From positions 620,001 through 684,000 of the forward strand of contig NC_089436.1 of NCBI RefSeq assembly GCF_026210795.1: a stretch of 64,000 nucleotides of DNA. The letters run 5' to 3'. Position 1 is the first letter of the stretch. Every line of letters starts with the position of its first letter. The stretch is from Rhizophagus irregularis. Lineage: Eukaryota. Under the pieces are notes generated by a model. The model had not been told where the DNA came from and searched no databases. It worked only from the letters and a program-made list of their open reading frames with translations. Below are positions 11,480-25,605 of this stretch, piece after piece. Position numbers and translations under genes: made by a program.

Positions 11480-13967
11480 TTTTGAAATTTGTTGGAATTT
11501 AAAAATGATAGGAAATTAGGAATGATAGGTTATAATAAATTGCTAAATATGTTTAGTTTTTATAGTCAAATTTTATAATTTATAATTACTTTTGTAATAT
11601 TGTTATTGAACATTTTAATTAATAAAAAATGATAATCTATGATAATACCGTATAACGGAAGGATTGCCCAAAATTTTTTTTGCTATAGGCTGGGTGATAT
11701 CAACTTTGAAACATTGAAAAGATTTTGATTTTTATTGTAAGTTTATTAAAGGATTATAATAAGGTAAAGCGTATTACTACTATAAAATATAGAATATAGA
11801 CGAGTCACAGCTTAAAAAAAGTACGCCAAAAAAAACTCTACGTGGCGCAGTGATTCCGTGATTTTCTTTTTTAAAAAAAAATTACAGGTATGATTTATGT
11901 TTCATATTATGTGACAGTCTGCTTTTTAAATCTAAAAATTAATTGTCCTTTTATATATAATTTATTTCAAATATTAATATTCTATTTACAGAATCAACTT
12001 ACGATAATTGCAAGATGACCAAATCTCTCAACATAAGAATTAACTTTTTATGTCATTTAATGAAATATACAATTTTATCGTTATAAATTGATATTATAAT
12101 AATATTACAAAAATATGTAATCTATTTTTAGATTGAACAATCAATAATCGGGTTTAAAAACTTGAAATTTGAATATTTATCCAATCGATTTCCGGTCTAA
12201 ACTCATAGAAATCATTAAAATGAATTATTAAAGACATAAACACACGTTTACAGATGATATAATGCATCAACATTTGACACATTAATGAAAGAAAGAAAGA
12301 CAAAAAGAAAAAAAAAAGAAATCCCCAAATTTCTCACACTTCATTTGTAGATCAAAGAAATTTACGAAAATAGATATTTTTCATTGTTCGAATCCGCGTC
12401 TAAACAACGTAAATTTCAACATTTAAATGATGTAAAGTTGCAGAAAACTATACTGGAAAGAAATCATCATAATAATTTATGGGATTTATCGGATCATTTT
12501 ATATACAGCATAATAAATCATCTTTTTTAAATAGCATTTATTTATCATTTTTGTATAAACAGTGCAGTAATAAATTAAAATTAATACTTTAAATACTTTA
12601 TAATGATCTTTGTTTATAAATAATAAATAAACAAAATTACAAAACGAGATTATATAATATAAAAGCTCCACGATCAGTTTTTACAAAGAAGGAAGTTACA
12701 CGAAGAATTTACATTTAGAAAATTGCGAAACATTATAAATAACAACACAAAAAGTTTTATTTTTCAAAAAAAAAAAAATTATGCACATTGGAAAGAAAAA
12801 AAAATGTAAGGCAAAATAAGGTGATAACGCCTAAATGCGCAGTTAATTATACGAAACTTTAAAATTTTTTTTTAAACAATTTCATATGATTAAAAACCAA
12901 ATAAGTATTAAAAAAAAACTTGTTATGGTGTTATTAAATGTTTTTAATTTAACCTGTAAATAACATAAATAAATAAAAAATAAAATAAATATAAATTATT
13001 TATTTTAAAGCCAATCCAAATTACCGAATTTAGTAATGATACGACTGTTTGTCAAAAATTGGAATAATGGCGATCCCGGATTTGGGTTGATTTTGATTAT
13101 GTGTTTCGGAAATACAAACGCGGTGCTACGTATTTCTTTTTTTATTGAATTGAGACCTATTTTTCGAATTATTAATTTTTTTTTTTCAATGAAAGCAACT
13201 TTTGAAAAAAAAAAAATTCTATGACTTATATGACGTAACTTATATTTATATATATGGATTATTTGACATCAGTATACTTTCTGCTTACGAATAATGTTTT
13301 GTTTATACCCCCGCATTATTTCCTTGTTTAAATATTCTTTCTCAACCTATCATTTATTCAAACTGTCAAAAAGTAATTGACAGTTGACAAAGAATTTTTT
13401 CTTTTATGGTTGGAAAATTTCTGCAGGGGCTAATTTTTTCTTATCTATTTTTTTTTTTGCATATTATTTTTATTATAATATAATAATTATTTTATATTTC
13501 TTTCATTCATTACTTTTTACATGTAATTTGGTAAGACTATCAGTTTTGACATTTTTTTTTAAAAAAAGAATAATACAATAAACTAATTTGATGAATTTGT
13601 TCAACGCCCATTATCAATTATTATTGATTCTGCATTAATATGTTATATTTACAATGACCACCTGACTTTTTCTTTTCCCCGCATAAAATTGTGCGCGGGC
13701 TGGGGATCTAATTCTCATTTAGGTGTCTTTGTTTAAAATAGGTATATGCGTTGATGATCCACTATTCTTTGATATGTAATATTTTATAAAAAAAAAAAAA
13801 AATTTTTTTCCTCTTTTCTCGGATTATAGATAAGGCGTTAATAATAAACCTAATAAATGAATTTTCCTACAATTATATTCCGAAAACAATCCAAATTTTT
13901 TATATCACCACTCCTCAGTTTATCTTATTCTTCCTCAAATATTGTAAATAAAGAAAAATATTATTAA

Positions 13968-15128
13968 ATGTTGATACCAGACGTACTTTGTGAAATTTTT
14001 AAATACCTTGATGACCGAGACGAGATAGTTGGTTCAAGAACATTTCGTAGTTTACATGCTTGTCTTTTAGTTAATAGACGTTGGTGTGAAAGCGCCGTTT
14101 CTATTTTATGGAGTAATCCTTTTCATCGTTGTCATAAAAGAGGTGGAAAGGCTCTTGTTCAAATTTTACTTAATTGTCTCAATAATGAAGAACGGCAAGA
14201 TCTTCTTGAAGATGGAATTTATTTACCTTTTAATAAATCGGATACTCCAATCTTTGATTATCCCAACTTTTTAAAAAATTTAGACTATTATCAGATGATT
14301 TTGTTCGTAAGGTCATGGTGTAGCCTTTTGGATGATACAAGTGATCAATATGTTGTCGCTATTTTAAGGTCACTTTTGAGACTTTTTGCTGACCGGTCAG
14401 CATCTCTTTCGTCTCTCACTATTCGTAGTGCAGGATTAGATGACGATAAATTCATGTTATTAGCAAGTCCAGAAGTTTCCACTTTAATTAGACCTGTTAA
14501 ACACCTTACAATTAGTTGTTACTTTCCTAAGGATAATCTTCTAACTGTATTAGCAAAAAATTGTAGAAATCTCGTAAGTTAATGAAAAAAAAAAGTTAAC
14601 ATATATATATGCATATTTTAAAATAATTAAATATTTAACTAATTATATAATCTTTATTCTTTTTTTTTATTTATTTTATAGCATTCACTCAGAATTAACA
14701 ATTTAAGCGCCTATGATGATACATCAATTCATAATGCAAAAAAATTAAGTATACTCATAGAATCTCAAAGAGGATTAAAACAAATAGTATTTTCTCGTTG
14801 TAAAGCATTCATTGGCGTTATAATTCCTTCATTAGCAAAACAAAAACGTACTTTAAAACATATTAAATTTCGTGGTGTCGATTTTGATGAATGCTGTAAA
14901 TGGGACGCTTTAAAATCTTGTACAAAATTAGAAAAATTAGAAATTTCGGAATGTTATAATTTAGATTTTAATATGGTATCTCCACTATTTAAATCTCATC
15001 AACGTAATTTAAAAGATGTGGGGATTCATTCTTGCGAACCTTTTGAGGTTAATGATGAACTGGAGGCTTGGGCTTATATGATTAATTCTCGAAGACGTCG
15101 TAGAAATTCTTCATCATCATCTACCTAA
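13968..15128 (+). CDS. F-box/LRR (RNI-like) protein; exons 13968-14573, 14682-15128
   Basis: F-box LIPDVLCEIFKYL..LHACLLVNRRWC..ILWSNPF and FDYPNFLKNLDY motif. The GT-AG intron restores frame into an LRR-like exon 2. Confidence 0.9.
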
Positions 15129-16289
15129 CCTCTTGTTTTTTTTTTTAAAAAAAAAAGAAAGAAAGAAAGAAAAAAAGAAAAAAGAAAAAAAGAAAAAAGA
15201 AAAAAAATATTACGATAAAGGAAATTCAAGAAAAAAAAACGCACTCACCGTAACATTAAGAACTTTTAATTTTTTTTTACCTTTTTTTTTCTAAAAAAAA
15301 AAGGAATTTTAAAAAAAAAATTATAGAGAATTTTTTTTGTCTTTGCCGGGAAGTTAAAAAAAAATCAAAAAAAAAAAAATACTTAGAAAATTTTGTCGGG
15401 AGCAAAAAAAAATTTAAAACTACAACAATTACAAAATTCACAACAATTATTACAATTATACAATTACTACCAAAAAAAAAAAATTTTATTATTCCTATGA
15501 TTGTTTGTTTATATTTTTTACACCATAATTAAGAATTTTTTTTTATATAGAAACAAAAAAAAAAAACTTAAGTGTATATAAAAAAAAAAAAAAGATATGT
15601 AATTAACTGTATAGATTAGTTATAAAGTAAGATATAAATAAAATAAATTAAAAATAAAAAATAAAATAAAAAAAAAAAAGATTAGATTTTTATAAGTAAA
15701 ATTAAATAAAGTAATTTAAATTATTTAATGAATTAAAAATGTCAATTGTCGTCAATTGTGCAATGGCCTCTTCATTACTATTGTTTTCTTTTTTCACAAA
15801 GAAAAGTAATATATGATTGTGACAGGATGGACTAACCAAAAATTACATCTATAATTTAGGATCGATCTATCGATCTTTTGATGTCACCACATAATGTTGA
15901 GGTAGACTACGGTACTGCGCCTCAAAAATCATGAATGAACCAATCATTTATTACCTACTGACCAGTTCATTATCCAATCAAAAATTTGAAGTGTTTAAAA
16001 ATTTCTCTTTTTTAATAAATAATCAAAGCTGTTATGTGCAAAAGTACGCCACAATCAAATTAGCGTGTAAAAATTATGATAATGCATTAGAATCTCATGT
16101 TTAATGACACAGACCATATAATTTCGCGTGTTTTACTTCGTGTGGCAATGTGGCTACACAAATTTCATAATTTTTCCTGTCAGGTTGTCACTTTTAAAAG
16201 ACAATATCAACGATCTTTCTTTAAAAAGCCGTATTTCTTTGTTAAGTATGTTATATTAATAGATTTAATTAAAAAAAACTCGTTTTTTT

Positions 16290-16372
16290 AGAAAAACACG
16301 TTTTCTATAACGCTAGAAGAAGGAAAGAACACGTTTTTCTATAATGCTAGAAGAAGAAAAGAACACGTTTTA
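16290..16372. repeat. ~35-bp tandem duplication (AACACGTTTT..CTATAAYGCTAGAAGAAG)
   Basis: Two full copies plus a partial copy, upstream of the acyl-CoA synthetase gene. Confidence 0.6.
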
Positions 16373-17376
16373 TTCTTGTTAATGATTCGCGTGAAAAATA
16401 TATTTGTGCTGCATTGTGACTATAAACTTAACAATTGTGTGACTAAACTTACTAATTCACTTATTTACACAAACTGCGCACAATTTATACAAATTATGCA
16501 TTATATAATTACCTAAAATGTATAAAATATAATAATATTTACGGATAATGTAAAAAGATAGAAGGATTTTCTTGATTTTTTATCCCGGTAATTTACTGAT
16601 ATGATTTTTGAATATCCTTTTTTATTCTTATTCTTTATTCATAATTGAACTGTGAAATATAATTTTTTGCATAAATTGAACTTTAATAACTAAAATAGAT
16701 TACTTTTCTCTTAATTTAGGTGTTATTGAAAAATCCGGAATAAACCTGAAATAAATGAGCCTAGTTTAGAAAAAATTTTTTTGTATTAACTGATTTAACT
16801 TAAATTGTATAATCGATATTTAAAATTTGGGGTATGATGAATTATGCAGTGTTATATATAAAAAAAATTTTTTTGCTTTTTTGTGTAATATCTTCCGTTC
16901 ATTGTTTTATAATAAGAAAATTTTTTATTGTATTGTATTAAAAAAAAAATTTTTTTTTTTTTTCCTTCCTTCTTTCATTCTCTCCCTCTCCTTCTCTCCC
17001 TCTCCCTCTTTCTCTTTTTTTTAAAAAAAATAGTATAGCTAGAAATTATTGAATATTACACAATTGTATGTACTTAACCATTAATGGCTTTACTTCGGAA
17101 AAACTATTTAAACGAACTTGATCTTTCTTTCGAACAAAAATATTTACTAGGCAACTATTAATAGAGAAAACGTTACAAAAAATTTAGTATGACGCACTAA
17201 ATAAGGTAAATTAAGTCACGTAATCCCTGATTTTCCTATTGAAATTCCATAATTAGGAATTTTTTGATGAACGTATTAAAAAACTGCGTTTTTTCTCCGT
17301 TCTTTCCTATTTTTTCTTTTCTCATTTTTTTTTTTTTAAAAAAAAAGATATACAGATTTACGTACGACATTATAAG

Positions 17377-19613
17377 ATGAGCAGTTCATCACAAAAACAT
17401 CAATATTCAGTAGAGGTAGCTGGAGCACCAGATATTCCTGGAGAAGGAAAACCTCGTCGAAATGCACTTTCTCCTGATAAATTAATTTTTCATCCTGATG
17501 GAGTTACTACTTTATATGAAAATTTTATGTTTGGTGTTAAAAAAGCAGGTAAAATTGATTTATATTGATTTAAATTGATTTAACATTGGTATAAAATAGT
17601 TTTAAAATTGATTTAAAATTGATTTAAAATATATTTTTATTATATCATCATCATTATATTAATATTTAATTAATAGGTGATGGAAACTTTTTGGGTCATC
17701 GAGAAATTAAAGATGGAGTTGCGGGTCCCTATATATGGGAATCTTATAATACGGTTCAAGCCCGGGTTGCTAATATTGGTTCCGGATTAAGAAAATTGGG
17801 ATTAAATCCTAAAGAACCCTTAGGATTTTTCTCAATTAATACTCCTGAATATGTAATTGCTCTACTTGCCTGTTATCAATATAATTTCATCCCTGTTCCA
17901 TTATATGATACATTAGGTACTGACGCTATTGAATATATTATAAACCAAACTGAGATGAAATATTGTTTTACCACTTCTAACAAAGGTCGAGCTCTTCTTG
18001 AAATGAAAGGATCATTACCATCTCTTCAAACTATTATTATTTCTGATAATTGTGATCCAGGATCAGAAAATCTTGCAAATGTTAGAATTTCAAATTTTTC
18101 CGATATTGAAAAAGATGGATCAGTTCAACCTGTTGAAGCAGAAAATCCTAAACCTGATGATATTGCTTCTATTTGTTATACTTCCGGTACAACTGGTACA
18201 CCTAAAGGTGTTGTCTTGACTCATAATAATTTTATGGCAGTAGTTGGCGGTATCCAGTGGCTTGCAAATGAAGGAAAGATGTTTAATGGAACGCCTAATG
18301 ATGTACACATTTCTTATCTACCTTTAGCTCATGTGTTTGAACTAGCAAATATGGCTTATATGACTTATGGAGGTGTTTCGATTGGATTTTATCAAGGTGA
18401 TACCTTGAAATTATTAGATGATATTGCTGAATTGAAACCTACCGTATTTATTTCTGTACCACGTTTACTTAATCGTGTTTATGATAAAGTAATGGCTGGA
18501 GTTAAAGTGAAAGGTGGTATTGCGCAATGGATGTTTAATGCAGCTTTTAATTCAAAGAAAGATGGCTTAAGTCATGGAAGTGTTGATCATTGGGGGTGGG
18601 ATAAAGTAGTTTTTGCTCCAATTAGAGCTCGACTTGGAGGTAGAGTTAAATATATGTTATCTGCTTCTGCTCCAATTGCACCGGATGTTATGGATTTTTT
18701 GAGAATCGCTTTTTCAGCTAATGTATTTGAAGGATATGGTCAAACAGAAAATGCTGGCGGTTTAACTATAGTAAGTATATAAATATACACCAATATTTTT
18801 TTTTCTTTCATTATTTTAATTTATGAATTTTTTTTTTAAAAAAAGTCCTTGGTTGGTGATACTGAATCCGGTCATGTTGGACCACCACAAGTTAGTTGTG
18901 AGGTTAAATTGGTTGATGTACCAGAAATGAATTATACATCTCAGGATAAACCTTATCCTCGAGGTGAAGTTTGTGTTCGAGGTCCTGTAGTCTTTCGAGA
19001 ATATTATAAACTTCCTGATAAAACTGCAGAAACCATTGATAAAGATGGATGGTGTCATACTGGTGATATTGGACTTTGGGATGATCAAGGTCGTTTAGTT
19101 ATTATTGATCGACTTAAAAATATCTTTAAATTGGCTCAGGGAGAATATATAGCTCCTGAAAAGGTATGAATTTTTAATTTCCTCTATCGTAAATGTGAAT
19201 AATTAGATTAATTTTATAATTTTTTTTAGATTGAAAGCATATATTGTAAACATGAACTTGTCCTTCAAGCATTTGTTCACGGTGAATCTTTACAAGCTTC
19301 ATTAGTAGGTATTATCGTTCCTGATGAAGAGATTCTTATGAAATGGACAGGACAAAATGGTCTTGAAGGCAAAACTTTTGAAGAAGTTTGTAAAAATGCA
19401 GACGTTAAAAATCATATTCTTCAAACTCTTATTAAATTTGGTAAAACAAATGATTTAAAAGGGTTTGAATGTGTAAAAAACATTTATTTGACGCATGAAC
19501 AATTTTCTACAGAAAATGATTTGCTTACTCCAACTTTTAAATTGAAAAGACATCAAGCAAAAATTAGATTTCAAAAAGAAATCCAAGCAATGTATGCTGA
19601 AATTTCTCAATGA
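17377..19613 (+). CDS. ACSL: Long-chain fatty acyl-CoA synthetase; exons 17377-17548, 17677-18770, 18846-19163, 19230-19613
   Basis: AMP-binding motif [23 protein letters not shown], the fatty acyl-CoA synthetase signature [31 protein letters not shown], and LTPTFKLKR. All introns are GT-AG and frame-consistent. Confidence 0.95.
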
Positions 19614-19754
19614 GAATAAGGAAGAATATATTTGATGTAATAAAAAATTTCATGCATGTTAGTTATTATTCAATATATTTTGTAATTTATTTTCAATATT
19701 CACAATTTAAATAAATAATATTTCTGTACAAATGATATTTACATTACTGTTACT

Positions 19755-20378
19755 TTATTTACAACATTTAATACATTTAATATTATTAACAGGATCAAAT
19801 AATCTTCCACTTTCCAAAAGTCCACAATCATTTAAACCTTTTTTACATCTACTAATTACCCAAAAATTCAATTCATCATTAATATCAATAGATTGATTCT
19901 TTTCTATTATAATTAAATTTAATTTCTTAAAATTATTAACGTTATTAAAATTATAATTATTATTATTAATAATATTATTATAAAAAGGTAAGATAAGATC
20001 ATAATTTAATCCAACACAATTAATTATTTTAAAATTTTCCAAATTAAAAGAATTTTTTAAAATTTTCCATAAAGGATCAATTTCATCAATTTTTGTATTT
20101 AATAATATTAAATTTTTAAGATAATCATTTGATGATAATGATGAAATGAATAATGATGTATATTTTATAGAATTAATTAATTTAAATTCTTTTAATTTTT
20201 TTTGTGATCTTATTAATGTACATAAATTTTTTGTCATGATATCTTCCATATTATTTGGAAATCTCATTAAACCCAATAACGGAGTTCTCAAATGTAAGAT
20301 TTCCTAAAAAAAAAAAAGTAGGGTTAATCATCATATTCACGTTCATATAATTCACGTTCATATAAAAATAAATATGAA

Positions 20379-20414
<36 letters not shown>

Positions 20415-21408
20415 GATGATAACTTACCAAATTATTTACCATTAAAGAAAATTTTTGTAAAAATTTAATAGATGGATAATGAGAATAAACTTCCAAGTAA
20501 AGAAATTTCAAATTTTTAAAGAAATCATTAAATTCAGGATCAATCAATTCCATATATCTATTTAAATTATAATTATTATTCCAACAAACATGATTTGATA
20601 AAATGAAAAGACTATTTAATTTAACCGATTTTTTTATAAATAATCTTAATAAAAATTTCATAATTAAAGAAATATTATTAAGAGAATTATTATTATTAAC
20701 AATTTTAAAATTTTCATTGTTGTTTTTAAAAGAAAAAGAATTGTTATGATTATGATTTTTAAAGGAGGAATCATTAGAATTATTGTTATTATTATTATAA
20801 GAATTGTTGTTATTGTTTTTAAAGGAATCATTAGAATAATTATAAGAATTGTTATCGTTATTGTTTTTAAAAGAATTGTTATTATTATGTTTAAAGGAAT
20901 GTTTATTGGAATTTTTAAAGGAATTGTCAAAGGAATTGTTATTATTATTTTTAAAAGAATCGAAACTGTAATTGTTGTTATTTTTAAAAAGTTTTATATT
21001 ATTTTTAAAGAAATTGGTATTATCTTTATACCATTTTTCAATAGAAATTATCATGAAATCATAATGTAAATGTTTTATCATTGAAATATAATCAAAAGTC
21101 ATTCTATTACGACGAATTGAATTATTCTTTCTTCTATTATCATCATCATCCTCATCACCATCATCGTTGTCGTCATCATTATCATTATTTAAATTTGAAA
21201 ATGATAATATTGTTGAAATTAATTTTGAATTGCCTTTTTGTGCATAATAAAAAGGATGTTTCCATAATATTGGAATAACTAATTGACACCATTGACGATT
21301 TAATAATAAACATGAATATAATGTTTTTATATCATCTATTTGAATGAAAAATAATATTTCTTCAATTATATCAGATGAAATATTAAAAGGAACTTTTGGT
21401 TTTATCAT
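19755..21408 (-). CDS. F-box/LRR protein with Asn-rich insert; exons 21408-20428, 20303-19755
   Basis: MIKPKVPFNISSDIIEEIL..LYSCLLLNRQWC..ILWKHPF; FDYISMIKHLHY. Intron 20427-20304 joins in frame. Confidence 0.85.
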
Positions 21409-22329
21409 TGTTAAAGAAAAAAATATTTTTTTTTTAATAAAATTAAAGAATTCGAAATTTTTTGTGATATTTATAAGATTCATTTTCTCAAGAATTTTTT
21501 TAAAAAAAATCCAATTGTTCAATTTTAACGTTGTACGATTGAATGAAAAAAGAAAATGGTTCGATTTTATCATATTAATCATTTTCAGTTTCACAAATGT
21601 CGGATGATTCGCACAAATAGTTAATTTATAGTATTTATGGTTTTTTTTTTGTGAATCTTTAAGGTGATTTCATATTTGCTAATGAGTTATTAATAATTAT
21701 TATGTCATAAGGTCATAAATCATCTTAAAATGGAATCAATATGGAAAAATATGAACAACCGAATGATTTCGGTGATTCGATAACCCTAAAACTTTATTTT
21801 TTTTTTTTTTATAACCTTGCGGATCAGTCATGAACCGCAGAAATATTTCAAAACGCGTATTTTAACCAATTGAGATATTGATTGAATCCTTTTTTAAATC
21901 CTTCTTTTAAATATTTTTTTTTTTTTTGAAAAAAATCCACTTCATTAATATTCAAATTTTCTTTTTGAAAAAAAAAATTTTTTTATAATTTATAAATTTA
22001 TAATTTTTTTTAAAAAAAATTTTTTTTTTTTCCTTCAAACCTAGATTCTCCAAATTCCTAAATCATATATTCCTAAATCCTAAATAAATGAAAAGTATGC
22101 TAAATGCTAAAAAAAAAAAAAGTAAGAAATATATATATATATATTTATTTATACAAAAATGTTTTTTTTCTTTTTGTGTGTAGAGATTTTTTGAATTTTT
22201 TTTTCTTTATGTATATATATAAAATCTATTTTTTTTTTTTAAGATGAATTATTAATAATTTTGTGTAAAAAAAAAATTATATATTATCATTAATTTTTTA
22301 TATACCATGAGTCCAAAAAAATAAAATGT

Positions 22330-23606
22330 TTATGAATCAGAATCATCATCTGAATCTTCTAAATTATCTTCTTTAATAGTGGTCCCATTCATATTATTTA
22401 TCCAAATTTTAAATTCTTCACAACCTTTTCCATATTGTAACATTTTAACTTCATCCAATTCGGGGAAAGTGGCATTGATTAAAGGGTTAAACATTTTTTG
22501 AGTTATTCCTTTACATAACCAAAATTCTAAATTCGTTAACCTATGACAAGTTGCCAAACCATCCCATGGTCCACAATCTTTAAAATCAACCAAACGAAAT
22601 TTCACTTTTCTTAAAGAGATTGATTGCGTATCTAAAGCTGATATTATATGACCAAGGTACGCTTTACAATCAATCATATCTAAAGATAATAAAGATTTTT
22701 GTGCTTTTATTAAACGACGTAAAGATATTGCAGCAGCATCTTTTTGTAATGTTGTAGTTGTAATATTATTGTTAGTTGTTGTTGTTGAATTTATCGTTGT
22801 TGTTGTATTTGTTGTTGTTGTTGTTGTAGTTGTATCTTCGTTTTGTTGATTTCCATACCAACCACGAAGTTGTAAATATTCTACATTTTTACATAAATCT
22901 GGTAATCTAACTAATAAACCGTGTTGATTATAATCAAATCCATCAAGAGAAAGGGTTCTAACTGATGTAATTAAACCTCTAATTTCAGGTTCAGCTAAAA
23001 TCATTACTTTTTCATCATGATAATCTTCTCCAAGAGATGAAAGTTTTAATGATGATAAAGGACCAGAATTATGTAAAAATAATCTTAATAATACTCTCAT
23101 AACAGATAAAACACTATTTGGTCTTCTTTTTGGTAAAGTTGCACACCAAGATTCTACAGCAAATAACATTTCACCATAATCAAGATGACGTATGAAAGAA
23201 GGATAATTAAACATCGGTATAGGAGAAACTGTAGGTAATTTTATTCTTTTAAGTTTTAAATCTCTTCTTTCTTCAACATCTAATCCTCTTAAATAAGTTG
23301 TAATTAATTTATGACCTCCATTATGAAAAGGTCCAAAAGGTCTTCTCCATAAAATTCTTACTGCGCTTGTACACCATTGACGATTTACTAAAGCGCAAGC
23401 GTATAAATTTTTTAAAGCATCATGATCATAATAATAAAAAACTGATGAATGAGTATCTATTTCTACAACCAAAGAAAATATTTCTTCAAGAACATCCGAA
23501 ACTAAAGATGGTTGTTGGGAAGGTTCAATATTTAACCTAAAAATGAACGAAAACAAAAAAAAAATGGGTTTAACGTTAGTATACTTTCTTTAATTTATAC
23601 TTCAAA

Positions 23607-23637
<31 letters not shown>

Positions 23638-23835
23638 GAAAGAAAGAAAAAAATTAAAGAAAAAAAATTAAAAGGGATTGTAAAAAAAAGTTTTAAACAC
23701 ATCATCATTTTTAAACGTCCAATAATATTTCAGAAAAAACAAACAATATAGAAATAAGAAAAATTTCTTTTTAGGGTTAAATACGCACTGAGGCAAAAAG
23801 TGAGAAAACTCCTTGATTCTTTTTTTCCTGAGCAT
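22330..23835 (-). CDS. F-box/LRR protein with poly-Thr tract; exons 23835-23789, 23536-22330
   Basis: LVSDVLEEIF..LYACALVNRQWC..ILWRRPF; FNYPSFIRHLDY. A short first exon MLRKKRIKEFSHFLP joins in phase 2. Confidence 0.85.
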
Positions 23836-25605
23836 TTTTTACCCGCATTAAGATTTTTGCTATATATAGTAAAGAAAAACCATGTGGAAATAATGTTAAT
23901 AAAAAAATGCTTAGAAATATAAAGAAATAACCACCAACTTGATGAAATTTTGCGACAAGCTGTTAACCTCTGTTGTAGTCGTAACGGGGGGAATATCCAT
24001 CCTATAAAGAAAAATTCAAAGAAATTTTATATAAAGAAAAAAAACAAAATAATAATAATAATAATAATAATAAAGAACTTCAAAAAAGTGAGAAGAAGAA
24101 AAAAAAATTTCCAAAAAGAAATGAAATGAGGAAGAGAAAAAAGAGGAAATTAAAAAGTAGAAAAAAACTTGAAATCGACTTATTTAAGGAGTATAATGCG
24201 AAATGTTTATCGAATTAAGTTGATTTGTACGGTATAAATTATTTTATTTTTTCAACTTTATATATCCGTAACCGATAATGAAGAGTTTATAAAAAAATGG
24301 TTGAAAAAATTAACCATTAATGGTGATTTGATGATTTTTCAGGCGCAGTAAAAGATAAAAAATAATTTACTACAAAAGTTGTGAATCATGTTCACGACAG
24401 AATTTAGTCGCCGATTTTTAACGTTGTCGGTGTTTAAGGTGTATATATAATAAAGGGGTTAAATAAAGTCTATTTACTTTCAAGTTTTATGAGGCGTTAA
24501 TCTTTATTCGGTTTGTTTTTATTTATTCTTTTCTCATTAAAAAAAAAAAAATTATCGTTTTAGTCGGTGAAGTTCACACCGATGGGGGAAATGTGGTATT
24601 GGTGTCTCGAATTAAAATAATTGGTAAGACAGAGATCACAAAATGTGAATCATTCAAACATGTAATAAACATATATATATATATGTATTATAATTTATTT
24701 TACGTACATTTCAAATGTAAATTTTTTTTTTTTTTTATTATTATTTTATTTTATTTTCCTTTTTTCTTTTATAAATTTGATCATACATATGATTTATATA
24801 TAATTAAAGAGGATCGTTATTCCGAATCAAACAATAATATTTGCTGTTCGGATTTCGGAAAACTTGTCCGCGGCGAAGTAAAAATGACGTAAGACAATGA
24901 CGCAGTAAAGTAACTATCAAATTAATTGGTTCAATTTGTTTATTTTTTTTTTTTTAAAAAAATACCCTTCAAAGGATTTGTTATAAATTAAACGTGTTAC
25001 TGAATTTAAATAGTATCACGATAACTTTTTCATTGTAAAATACTACTACATTTAAATGATAAATGAGTAGAATTTCTTCAAGTAAAAATAAATAATTAAA
25101 CACAAAATTAAAAATTGTTCACATGTTATACCTTTTTATCGTTTAGGTTTATTCTATTAAAGAACCCGGCTGTGTATAAAATTCCGGATAATTAACCGGA
25201 AATTTTGAGGCTGCGCATTATTTATATGTTTTTCAAACAAGAATTTGTTAAGAAAAAGGTAATTTACAATGCATCAAATTTTACTATTTTTATTAATTAT
25301 TTATTCTTTTATAGAAATCTTGAATTACTTCACGCGATATTTTACTTATTATTTTTTATTCCACGCGCCAAAACATTTGATTATAAATTATAAAATAAAT
25401 TATTTTTTTATCAACAAAAATACAATTTAAGTAGTTTAGCATAAATTGACTTTCCAATCTGGAAATCTGGAAATCTTTTTTTTTTTTTGGTGTTACATGA
25501 TAAAAAATCACGTTAGGTTTTCAAACCGATTTTTTGAATAATTGATTATTATTTATTTATTATTTATTTATTTATTATATTCATTAAATTTCATTACTGA
25601 ATACT

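Noticed and set aside
20664..21607. Short Ile-rich ORFs overlapping the F-box gene
   Set aside because: Alternative-frame or antisense readings of AAT-rich coding sequence.
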